Part shown: positions 27,847 through 36,396 of the stretch, in pieces
Layout: every line of letters begins with the position of its first letter
How positions within the stretch are numbered: the stretch's first letter is position 1
DNA from: Deltaproteobacteria bacterium
GTDB lineage: Bacteria; Desulfobacterota; Syntrophobacteria; BM002
Assembly (NCBI GenBank): GCA_020353155.1
Contig: CP070689.1
Coordinates: 1,038,302 to 1,102,301 of the forward strand
DNA: 64,000 nucleotides
Reading direction: 5' to 3'
The notes under the pieces: generated by a model
Told to the model about the DNA's origin: nothing
The model's input: only the letters and a program-made list of their open reading frames with translations
The model's database searches: none
Translations under genes and position numbers: made by a program

Positions 27847-28038
27847 TTAGGCAGCACGTAGACGGGCGGAAAACCAGTGTACTTTCTCTTCTTGAAACCT
27901 GACCATGGCTTTTTGGAAGGCCGCTAATTTGTCACACTCTCTCATGCACACTTCTCGATCTTCATCTAGCCTAGCGCAGCCGCGGCAGGGACTCTCAACG
28001 GTCTTGATGATCATCCTTTCATTGTAGTCCATTTTCAC
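27847..28038 (-). CDS. small cysteine-rich hypothetical protein (63 aa)
   Basis: CRGCARLDEDREVCMRECDKL. Isolated ORF. Confidence 0.4.
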   Translation of the reverse strand: MKMDYNERMIIKTVESPCRGCARLDEDREVCMRECDKLAAFQKAMVRFQEEKVHWFSARLRAA

Positions 28039-28152
28039 CCCCTCTCGCCCACAGTGCGAGCTTGGGGTTCGCGGTTATCTAATCTTTTTTCATTTTAGCA
28101 AACCTGTTATTCTTGTCAATAAAAACAAAAGAGCAAACACCACATGGACTAA

Positions 28153-28229
28153 GTTTTCAGTATTCAGGTTTCAGGTTTTGGCCTCCCTATTTCCTACTCC
28201 TCATACTTGCTACCTGAAACCTGACAACC
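28153..28229. repeat. word-array hairpin (CAGGTTT / CCTGAAA type)
   Basis: GTTTTCAGTATTCAGGTTTCAGGTTTT pairs with ACCTGAAACCTGACAACC. Confidence 0.7.
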
Positions 28230-28413
28230 AGACCTATGAGATCAAAAAGGCTAAATTTATTTCAGTAGAGGCTTGTATTGTTAGGGCAGGGCAATTTTGT
28301 TATAGTGAGCCCGCTCTAAGCTAGTAGGGCACATGGAGATAAGCTACCTAGTGGCCTTAGCGTCCTTCGCGGATTAATCTTTAAAACTGGAAAATTCTGA
28401 TAGGGCGAAAAAA

Positions 28414-30135
28414 ATGACAGAATGGCAACAGAGACTGGCCAGGCGGATTGAAGCGGCCAGGGGTGATAGGCCAGTGGATCTCCTTTTTCGGGGGGCAAAG
28501 GTGGTCAACGTTTTTACTGGGGAGCTGGTCTCAACCTCCGTTGCCGTATTCGATGGCGTGATCGTTGGCTTTGAGGATCGTCAGGCAAGGGAGGTTGTTG
28601 AGCTAAATGGTGCCATTCTCTCCCCAGGCTTTATTGACGGCCACTTTCACCTAGAAAGCAGTCTGCTGGTACCAGGAGAATTTGCCAAAGCAGTACTTCC
28701 CCACGGCACCACTACGGTGGTGGCTGATCCGCATGAGATCGCCAATGTCGCAGGGGTCGACGGTGTTCAATTTATGCTCGAGGCCAGCGAGGACATAGGG
28801 CTTGAAATTTTCTATATGGCCCCTTCCTGTGTACCGGCTACTCACCTGGAGACAGCCGGAGCGGAATTGACTGCCAATGACATTGAAAGATTAGCCCAAC
28901 ATCCAAGAGTTATAGGACTCGCGGAGATGATGAACTTTCCAGGTGTGATTTTTGGTGATCCCGCAATCTTGGACAAGCTTGATCGTTTTCGGGACAAGGT
29001 AATTGATGGACACTCTCCGGGTCTCAGCGGCGCTTCACTGGACGCCTATTTGTGTGGTGGGATTGGGTCAGATCACGAGTGTACTCGACTGGAAGAGGCC
29101 AGGGAGAAGCTCGCCAAAGGGATGCACATCATGTTGCGGGAAGGGAGTCAGGCGCGAGATCTAGAAGCCTTGGCTCCTCTGGTAACCGCAAAAACGAAAC
29201 ACCGTTGCATGTTGGTGAGCGACGACTGCCATCCGGAAGACCTCCTCGAGCACGGGCACATGAACCGGGTTCTCAAGAGGGCTTCTGAGTTGTCCATCGA
29301 CCCAATAAGCGGCATCCAACTAGCAAGTCTTAATCCAGCCCGCTACTTTGGCTTGCGCACACTGGGTGCGATTGCTCCAGGCTATCAGGCGGATATGGTG
29401 GTCCTCAGATCGCTGGAATCGTTGGAAGTGTCCAGAGTATACAAAAAAGGTCAACTAGTTGCCAAAGAGGGTAAATGCTTGCTACCCGACCCAGCAGCCG
29501 GAGTAAAAACTGAGCTTATTTCTATGAAACTAGGGGAATTGAGAGAAGACGACCTGCACATTCAGATCGAAGGTACTAGGGTAAGGGCTATCCGAGCTGT
29601 GCCCAACACCTTGATAACCGAAGAGGAGATTCTCCCGGTAGCGGAAAGGCAAGGTGCGGCCGTGAGTGAGCCGGAGCGAGACTTACTCAAGATGGTTGTG
29701 ATCGAGCGACACCGTGGCAGCGGTCGTAGGGGTTTTGCTTTTATCCGCGGGCTTGGTCTCCGCCAAGGAGCACTTGCCTCAACAGTGGCCCATGATTCTC
29801 ACAATCTTATTGTAGTTGGGGCCAATGACTCGGATATGGTAGTTGCAGCAAATGTTTTAAGAGAGTTGGGAGGAGGACTAGTAGTGGTTAGGGATGGCCA
29901 AGTTGAAGCGTTGCTGCCGCTGCCTGTTGCCGGTCTGATGTCTAATGCTTCCCTGAAACGAGTGGTGGAGTTGAAAAAAGAGGTCGACCAGGCCGCCCTA
30001 GAGCTTGGGGCCACTCTGGAACAACCATTCATGGCCCTATCCTTTATGGCCCTACCAGTAATACCTAAATTGAAGCTAACAGATCAAGGGCTGGTTAATG
30101 TTGAAAGCTTCAACCATGTACCATTGTTTGTTTAG
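28414..30135 (+). CDS. ade: adenine deaminase
   Basis: 573 aa. SPGFIDGHFHLESS, TTTVVADPHEIANV and MAPSCVPAT motifs are characteristic of Ade. Confidence 0.85.
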   Translation: MTEWQQRLARRIEAARGDRPVDLLFRGAKVVNVFTGELVSTSVAVFDGVIVGFEDRQAREVVELNGAILSPGFIDGHFHLESSLLVPGEFAKAVLPHGTTTVVADPHEIANVAGVDGVQFMLEASEDIGLEIFYMAPSCVPATHLETAGAELTANDIERLAQHPRVIGLAEMMNFPGVIFGDPAILDKLDRFRDKVIDGHSPGLSGASLDAYLCGGIGSDHECTRLEEAREKLAKGMHIMLREGSQARDLEALAPLVTAKTKHRCMLVSDDCHPEDLLEHGHMNRVLKRASELSIDPISGIQLASLNPARYFGLRTLGAIAPGYQADMVVLRSLESLEVSRVYKKGQLVAKEGKCLLPDPAAGVKTELISMKLGELREDDLHIQIEGTRVRAIRAVPNTLITEEEILPVAERQGAAVSEPERDLLKMVVIERHRGSGRRGFAFIRGLGLRQGALASTVAHDSHNLIVVGANDSDMVVAANVLRELGGGLVVVRDGQVEALLPLPVAGLMSNASLKRVVELKKEVDQAALELGATLEQPFMALSFMALPVIPKLKLTDQGLVNVESFNHVPLFV

Positions 30136-30297
30136 GGCATGGAGCATAGGGCATAGGGCATAGAGCGTAGGGCATAGAGCGTAGGGCATAGAGAAATATA
30201 GCTGACAGCCTGCAGCTAGCAGTCGCCAAAGGGCAGCTAAGAGAGATCAGAGGTCAGAGGTTAAAGCTGATCTCTGACATCCGACTTCTGACCTCTG
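30135..30297. repeat. composite word-array element (GGCATAG array + CAGC-rich module + CAGAGGT hairpin)
   Basis: A run of GGCATAG(A/G)-type octamers starts at the stop codon. The W2 hairpin AGATCAGAGGTCAGAGGT...TGATCTCTGACATCCGACTTCTGACCTCTGG follows. Confidence 0.85.
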
Positions 30298-30319
30298 GAA
30301 TAGACGACCTGAACGATCG

Positions 30320-33217
30320 GTGCATATGCAAAGTTTCATTGAATTCTTGAAAACGGCCCAGCTTCCGGGGGCGCGCCTGGTACATCATGAGTTCATTCCA
30401 AGTCGGAGAGCCGTATATGGTAATCTCCACCCGCCACTTGCCCCGCCGCTGAGTTCCGCTCTTGCAAATTTAAATATCAGCAAACTTTATAGCCATCAGG
30501 TAGAGAGTCTCACCAGCTTTCGCCAGGGTGAAAATGTGGTGGTAGCCACACCCACGGCCAGTGGCAAATCCCTCATTTACAACTTGGCCCTTGTAGAGTT
30601 GCTTAGTGAGAAATCTGCTGGCCACGGACTCTACCTCTTTCCTCTCAAAGCCCTGGCGCAGGATCAATACCAGGCCTTTGTCGCAATAAATAAAGCACTG
30701 CCTGAGGAACTCCAATTGCAGGCTGCCGTTTATGATGGAGATACCCCTTCGAGTCAAAGGCGCAGAATCAAAGAAAAATTGCCCCATTTGATTATTTCGA
30801 ACCCTGACATGCTCCATTTGGGTTTTTTGCCCTTCCATCAACAATGGGAGAAATTTTTTCGAAATCTACGTCTTGTGGTAATCGATGAGGTTCACACATA
30901 TCGGGGCATTTTTGGCTCGCACGTGGTGCAAGTACTGCGGAGACTGCAAAGGGTCTGCCGGCTCTATGGATCCCAGCCTAGGTACATTTTGCTCTCTGCT
31001 ACTATTGAGAACGCCAGGGATTTCGCTAGCAGGTTAACCGGCATGGAATTCAGGGCGGTGGAGCAAAATGGCGCACCCCAGGCAGGAAGGCATTTCTTTT
31101 TCGTAAATCCTGATATAAGCGCTACTACTGTAGCAGCACGTCTCTTCGTCAAAGCACTGCAAAGAAACCTCAAAACAATCGCATTTACCCAGGCTCGCAA
31201 GCTTACCGAAATCATCCACATGAACGTGGCTGAAGCAATTCCGGAGCTTGCCTCTAAGGTCAGCTCGTATCGGGCTGGGTTTCTCGCTGAAGAGAGGCGA
31301 GATATAGAGAAAGGTTTGGCTAGCGGCTCAGTGGCTGGAGTAATCTCTACCAGCGCCCTGGAAATGGGCATTGACATTGGCGGTCTGGACGCCTGTATCT
31401 TAGTTGGATATCCCGGCACTATCATCAACACCTGGCAGCGCAGTGGCAGGGTTGGACGAGGAGGGAGCGATTCACTGGTGATTCTTATAGCCCAGCCCGA
31501 TGCTCTCGATCAGTATTTTATGCGCCATCCTGCAGACTTTTTCCAACGTCCTTTCGAGGCGGCAGTGGTGGATCCAAATAATTCTGAAGTTTTGGACGCC
31601 CATCTGCCTTGCGCTGCTGCAGAGATTCCTCTGAATGGAAGTGATGACCTCTACAATAATAAAGGTGTTCTAGCTTCTCGGGCGCCGGTGCTTGAGGCAA
31701 GCGGTGCTCTGTTGAGAAGCGCAGAGGGCGATGTCTGGTATGCAGCCAAGAAACGGCCTCAGCGTTTGGTGGATATTAGGAGTGTAGGCGAAGGTTATGT
31801 CATTCTTGCTGGGTCCAATGAGAAAGCGATAGGTAAGAACGATGGAGTAAGGGTTTTCAAGGAATGTCATAAAGGGGCAATCTATCTCCACAGAGGCCAG
31901 CAGCACCTGGTGACCCACTTAGACCTAGAACGGAAGAACGTTTTTGTTAAGCCCACCAAGGTTCGCTATTATACTCGGGCCCTCAGTGAGAAGGAGACTG
32001 AAATCCTGGCGGTAGATAGGAGCCGACCAATTGCCAATTTCATCGCCCGGTTGGGTCGTGTCCGAGTTACCGAGCAGGTTGTCGGATATGAAAAGCGCAA
32101 TCGCTTCAGCGGAGAGCTTTTGGATAGCCTTTCTCTGGACCTGCCTTCGCAGAGTTTTGAGACCATCGGTTTCTGGCTGGAAATCGAGGACATTCTCCAA
32201 GAGATGGTGCGGCAACGGAAGCTCCATTTTATGGGGGGCATCCACGCACTTGAGCATGCCCTGATTAGCATGTTTCCCCTCTTCGCCCTATGCGACCGCA
32301 ACGACATCGGGGGCATTGCCGTCCCCCGCCATTTGCAGCTACAAAAGAGTGCTGTTTTCATTTACGACGGATACCCTGGAGGGGTGGGTTTGGCGGCAAG
32401 AGGATTCGAGCTGATAGAGGAACTTCTGCAAAAGACTGTAGAACTCATTGCAGCCTGTCCGTGTGATCTTGGATGTCCCTCCTGTATTCATTCACCAAAG
32501 TGCGGCGCAGGTAACAAGCCTCTGGATAAGACCGCGGCTTTATTTCTTGCCAGGGGCTTGCTTGGTGAGCTTTCCCTAGAACTGAAAGCAGAAGAGGACA
32601 GTCAGTTAGTTGTGGCCGAGGAAATCGGGGCAGCAAAAAGGAGCAGTGAACCGAATGTTGCCTTTTTTGACCTTGAAACACAAAGGTTGGCTGATGAAGT
32701 GGGTGGGTGGGGTAACGTCCACCTGATGCGGTTGGCGGTGGGGGTACTTTACGATAAAAGTTCCACTGGATTCGAGGTCTTTGCAGAGGAGCAGGTCGAA
32801 AACTTGATAGAAAGGTTAAAGGGGTTCGATCTAGTGGTGGGTTTTAATATCAAACGGTTCGATTATAGGGTGTTGGCAGCCTACACTGGTTTCGATTTCC
32901 GCCATTTACCCACCTTCGATATCTTAGAAGATATTTACCAACGGTTGGGGTTTCGTCTAAGCCTGGGCCACCTGGCTGAGCAGACTCTAGGGAAAGCCAA
33001 GATTGCCGATGGCATTCAGGCGGTTCGCTGGCTCAGAGAAGGAAAACTTGATGTAGTAGTTGAATACTGTAAAGATGATGTGACCATTACCAAAGATCTC
33101 TTCGACTTCGGTCTCAACAACGGCTATTTAGTCTATCAGACGAGAGATGGGCAGCCGGTCCGACTGCCGGTCGATTGGAATTTGGACAGTATCCTCAGGG
33201 AAGCAATTCGGAGCTGA
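30320..33217 (+). CDS. MrfA/YprA-type DEAD/DEAH helicase with DUF1998 zinc module fused to a C-terminal DEDD-type 3'-5' exonuclease domain
   Basis: TPTASGKS, VIDEVH, LSAT, QRSGRVGRGG. CPCDLGCPSCIHSPKCGAGN. C-terminal FFDLETQ, VGFNIKRFD, YCKDDV. A likelier start is ATG 30326. Confidence 0.8.
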   Translation: MHMQSFIEFLKTAQLPGARLVHHEFIPSRRAVYGNLHPPLAPPLSSALANLNISKLYSHQVESLTSFRQGENVVVATPTASGKSLIYNLALVELLSEKSAGHGLYLFPLKALAQDQYQAFVAINKALPEELQLQAAVYDGDTPSSQRRRIKEKLPHLIISNPDMLHLGFLPFHQQWEKFFRNLRLVVIDEVHTYRGIFGSHVVQVLRRLQRVCRLYGSQPRYILLSATIENARDFASRLTGMEFRAVEQNGAPQAGRHFFFVNPDISATTVAARLFVKALQRNLKTIAFTQARKLTEIIHMNVAEAIPELASKVSSYRAGFLAEERRDIEKGLASGSVAGVISTSALEMGIDIGGLDACILVGYPGTIINTWQRSGRVGRGGSDSLVILIAQPDALDQYFMRHPADFFQRPFEAAVVDPNNSEVLDAHLPCAAAEIPLNGSDDLYNNKGVLASRAPVLEASGALLRSAEGDVWYAAKKRPQRLVDIRSVGEGYVILAGSNEKAIGKNDGVRVFKECHKGAIYLHRGQQHLVTHLDLERKNVFVKPTKVRYYTRALSEKETEILAVDRSRPIANFIARLGRVRVTEQVVGYEKRNRFSGELLDSLSLDLPSQSFETIGFWLEIEDILQEMVRQRKLHFMGGIHALEHALISMFPLFALCDRNDIGGIAVPRHLQLQKSAVFIYDGYPGGVGLAARGFELIEELLQKTVELIAACPCDLGCPSCIHSPKCGAGNKPLDKTAALFLARGLLGELSLELKAEEDSQLVVAEEIGAAKRSSEPNVAFFDLETQRLADEVGGWGNVHLMRLAVGVLYDKSSTGFEVFAEEQVENLIERLKGFDLVVGFNIKRFDYRVLAAYTGFDFRHLPTFDILEDIYQRLGFRLSLGHLAEQTLGKAKIADGIQAVRWLREGKLDVVVEYCKDDVTITKDLFDFGLNNGYLVYQTRDGQPVRLPVDWNLDSILREAIRS

Positions 33218-33245
33218 CTCTTCTGGGAAATAAATCTAACTGAAA

Positions 33246-33854
33246 TCACCTCTGGCAGGCGGGACTCCACTGCCAGGCCGGACAACCCAAGACAGCAAAC
33301 CAAAAGCCGTTACGGACCATCCACTGGCCATGGGTACTCCATTCAGGATGGCCCTCTGGATTCTCCCGGTTAAACATTTTGAAATCGTACTGGTAATCTG
33401 TCAGGCCGTTGTTGTGAAAACCCTCGTTGGTCCTTAATGAGAATACCAGGGTCTGATCGAATAGCTGTGGCGTTTGGACATTTGTGGCCCTTATTCTGTA
33501 GCCACGATGGCTATCAGGCTGGAATCCCATGGCAAGTTCCGAAAGCATATATTTGCCAGGGGAATCGGGTCGTTCGAACGGACTCCAGCCAATATCGATT
33601 ACCACCCCTTCTTGGCCGGTCTTCTCACCGGGCTTGAGAGGGTAAAAGTTCTTATTGTCAAGATAATACATCTCCTGCGCACTGAGAAATTCAATTACCG
33701 AAGCGCGGCACTTAATCTTCCCCTGCAGGAGGGAATAGGCGGTGAAAGTCGGCATTGCCAGTGCCACAAGCAGACCTATCACTCCCAGGGTCACCAGAAG
33801 TTCCAATATGTTAAAACCGTCACTTCTTTGGCGCCAAAGCTGTTCTCTGGACAT
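33246..33854 (-). CDS. type IV pilin-like / pseudopilin protein
   Basis: Prepilin motif G|FNILELLVTLGVIGLLVALAMP (Gly, then Phe, with Glu at +5). Confidence 0.7.
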   Translation of the reverse strand: MSREQLWRQRSDGFNILELLVTLGVIGLLVALAMPTFTAYSLLQGKIKCRASVIEFLSAQEMYYLDNKNFYPLKPGEKTGQEGVVIDIGWSPFERPDSPGKYMLSELAMGFQPDSHRGYRIRATNVQTPQLFDQTLVFSLRTNEGFHNNGLTDYQYDFKMFNRENPEGHPEWSTHGQWMVRNGFWFAVLGCPAWQWSPACQR

Positions 33855-33860
33855 GGTAAA

Positions 33861-34490
33861 CTACTTTTCTCTCTCCACAGAGTGGATATCCAGTTCGGTG
33901 GCAAGCAGATCTTCACCCGATAGAGGGGAATCCGCCTTGATTCGAAGTAAATAACCTTTCTTCTCGTCGAGATTGTATTCAAGATGGCGGATTACCGTCC
34001 TATTATCTCCTAAATCAGGCAAGTAAGCTGGTATGAGTTCGTAGAGACTATCGGGATAAGTATTTCCGTGATCAACTGAATAGTGAGCCAGTGCACCCTG
34101 CAAAGCGGCAAGAAGTTCCACCGGGGCACTAATGTCCAAAATAATCTGGGGCCTGGTTTCGTTCTGGCTCCAATGTAATCTTAGGGCTAAGAGAACAAGT
34201 ATCCCTACTAATCCAACCGCGAGAACGGCATTAATGTAGGTGAGCCGCCACTTCTTCTGCAGACCCACACGCCGATCCTCTTCTTCCTGCTCCCTCAAAG
34301 TCGTTTCACTTTTCACATCTTCGAGGGAAATTGCCAGCATGCACCTATGACAGAAGTTACGACCGTCTTCGAGGCTTATGGTACAGCCTTCACAGAGGGC
34401 GGCCTCGCAATGATCACAGAAGGCAATATTCTCTCTGTTTGGGTGATAAACACAGCTCATAGGTCCAGCCCGGGATTCAGAATGCATCAA
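33861..34490 (-). CDS. B-box-type zinc-finger membrane protein
   Basis: CVYHPNRENIAFCDHCEAALCEGC...CHRC, then one TM (INAVLAVGLVGILVLLAL) and a ~90-aa outward domain. Confidence 0.55.
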   Translation of the reverse strand: MMHSESRAGPMSCVYHPNRENIAFCDHCEAALCEGCTISLEDGRNFCHRCMLAISLEDVKSETTLREQEEEDRRVGLQKKWRLTYINAVLAVGLVGILVLLALRLHWSQNETRPQIILDISAPVELLAALQGALAHYSVDHGNTYPDSLYELIPAYLPDLGDNRTVIRHLEYNLDEKKGYLLRIKADSPLSGEDLLATELDIHSVEREK

Positions 34491-34689
34491 GAGACGTAAC
34501 TGGTGCTATTAACAAATATTATGGGCAAAATCAATAAGTTGTTCGATCGGCCAATTTTCTTGCGCCAAATCGTCAAACTGTATTAGTCAGGGTGTGACTG
34601 CAAGCCTAAGCCAAAGGGCAGTCTTTGCAAGTTGCAAGCCATCGGCTTCAGGGAACAGCGGGCAGCTGCCAGCTGATTTCTAAAAGGGG

Positions 34690-35862
34690 CTATGAATAGA
34701 GTAAATAAGGCTCACGAAGTTGGCGGAACTGTTCTAATTGAGGCTTCCAACTTCGCTCCAACTCCTCTATCGGCACACCTGCTTCCAGCTGCGTGTGCAG
34801 GTTGGTGCTACCAAGTATGATCTCTATGGGAAGGTGGTTGAACTCATATTCATAAGGGGGTGAAATCCATTGGAAGTTTTTCCCATGGCTAATAACAACA
34901 GCCTGAAGCAGGGTGAGAGAGCTTTTGAAGGGTCGGTAAACTTCACTATCGGTGAGGTGGATCTGGAACCCAGCGCAACTCTCACCTCTCCATTTGTCAA
35001 AAGATGGTGTAAAGCGAGTTGGACGCAATACAAGGCCGGAAAGTTCCTTATCGGCGAGAAACTCCAGAATCTGTTCTAGTTCGAGGTACGGTGCACCCCA
35101 TAGTTCGAAGGGGGTGGTGGTACCGCGCCCCTCAGAAAGGTTGGTTCCCTCCAGAATAACTTGGCCGGGATAAAGCAAGGTTGACTCGGGGGTGGGCAAG
35201 TTAGGGGAGGGAGGCACCCAATACAAATCCGTCTGGCGGTAAAGCATGTCACGTGTCCAGCCATGCATGGTAAATAACTGCAAAGGAGCGCCGATGTCAA
35301 AAGCTTCATTGTAAAGACGAGCCATTTCAGCCATGGTAAGGCCATGGCGCATAGGAATTGGGAAATGTCCCACGAATGAGCGTCTCTCGAGATCAAGGAG
35401 GTTCCCTTCGCATAGTTGGCCGCCAATAGGATTTGGTCGATCGAGAACCACCACTAAAACGTCGTGTCTACGAGAAGCCTCCATACACAGAGCCAAAGTG
35501 GTACCGAAAGTATAGACCCTGGTGCCTACATCCTGGAGATCAACTATCAAGACATCAATATATGAAAGCATGGCCTCCGTGGGTTGGCGGGTCTGACCGT
35601 AAAGGCTAAAAACCGGGATACCAAGGTGATGATCAATGAAATCATCGGACTCTATCATGTTGGCTTGCTGCTCGCCGAAGTAACCGTGCTGCGGAGCAAA
35701 AAGTGCTGTGATTCTGGCCCCGGCTGCGAGTAGGCGGTCTCGGCTGTGGCGAAGACGGCCATCAACTGAGGCCTGATTGGCAAGCAGGCCAATCCTGGCG
35801 GTTTTTAGCCAGGCTGGTTTAGTTGCCAGCAAACTATCTATGCCGAGCTGGACAGATGCCAT
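34690..35862 (-). CDS. DUF1343 family protein (NamZ-like exo-beta-N-acetylmuramidase)
   Basis: 390 aa. LLANQASVD, FAPQHGYFG, IDVLIVDLQDVGTRVYTF and VLDRPNP are typical of DUF1343. Confidence 0.75.
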   Translation of the reverse strand: MASVQLGIDSLLATKPAWLKTARIGLLANQASVDGRLRHSRDRLLAAGARITALFAPQHGYFGEQQANMIESDDFIDHHLGIPVFSLYGQTRQPTEAMLSYIDVLIVDLQDVGTRVYTFGTTLALCMEASRRHDVLVVVLDRPNPIGGQLCEGNLLDLERRSFVGHFPIPMRHGLTMAEMARLYNEAFDIGAPLQLFTMHGWTRDMLYRQTDLYWVPPSPNLPTPESTLLYPGQVILEGTNLSEGRGTTTPFELWGAPYLELEQILEFLADKELSGLVLRPTRFTPSFDKWRGESCAGFQIHLTDSEVYRPFKSSLTLLQAVVISHGKNFQWISPPYEYEFNHLPIEIILGSTNLHTQLEAGVPIEELERSWKPQLEQFRQLREPYLLYS

Positions 35863-36396
35863 ACGTTAAACTCCCCATGCAAGTAAGAACTAGACATCCA
35901 ACCCTAAAACTTGGGAGGGGGAACACTCAAGATCAAATTCGAAATTGCTCTTTCAGACTCCCCGCCCCGCGGGCGGTTCCCTAGTCTCTAAGTACAAGGT
36001 AGGTTGAACTATCTCACACCAATCAGGCCACCGTCTTGGTGATTAAAATGCGCCTGCCACGTCCAGAGTCATTATAGGGAAGCTCCTTCTGCAGTCAAGG
36101 GGTGTATCGAGAGGAGTTTTCCTATTTTTCCCTTTCGGATTTTCCCATCTGCTATTTGACTATCTGGCCTTACCTATGACTAGCTGATCCTTTGGGGACG
36201 TTTCATCAATCCACAGCCATGGAGCCAAAATCTTTAGAGAAACTGCTGGAAAACCATTACTACTGGAAAGGGAGTACTACTTGACCTTTTAGGTGTTATC
36301 TAGTAGAGTCGCCTTGTTTCAAGGCTGAGCTGAGTGGGCCTCTGAAAAACACCACTTTAGTGATACTCCGCCAACGGATGTCTAATTGGAAGTAGC

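Noticed and set aside
30135-30193. Possible CRISPR array or satellite (GGCATAG repeats here and similar arrays elsewhere)
   Set aside because: The period is only 7-8 nt with no unique spacers. The arrays are 20-60 nt long and paired with inverted partners. No cas genes are present. This is not CRISPR architecture.
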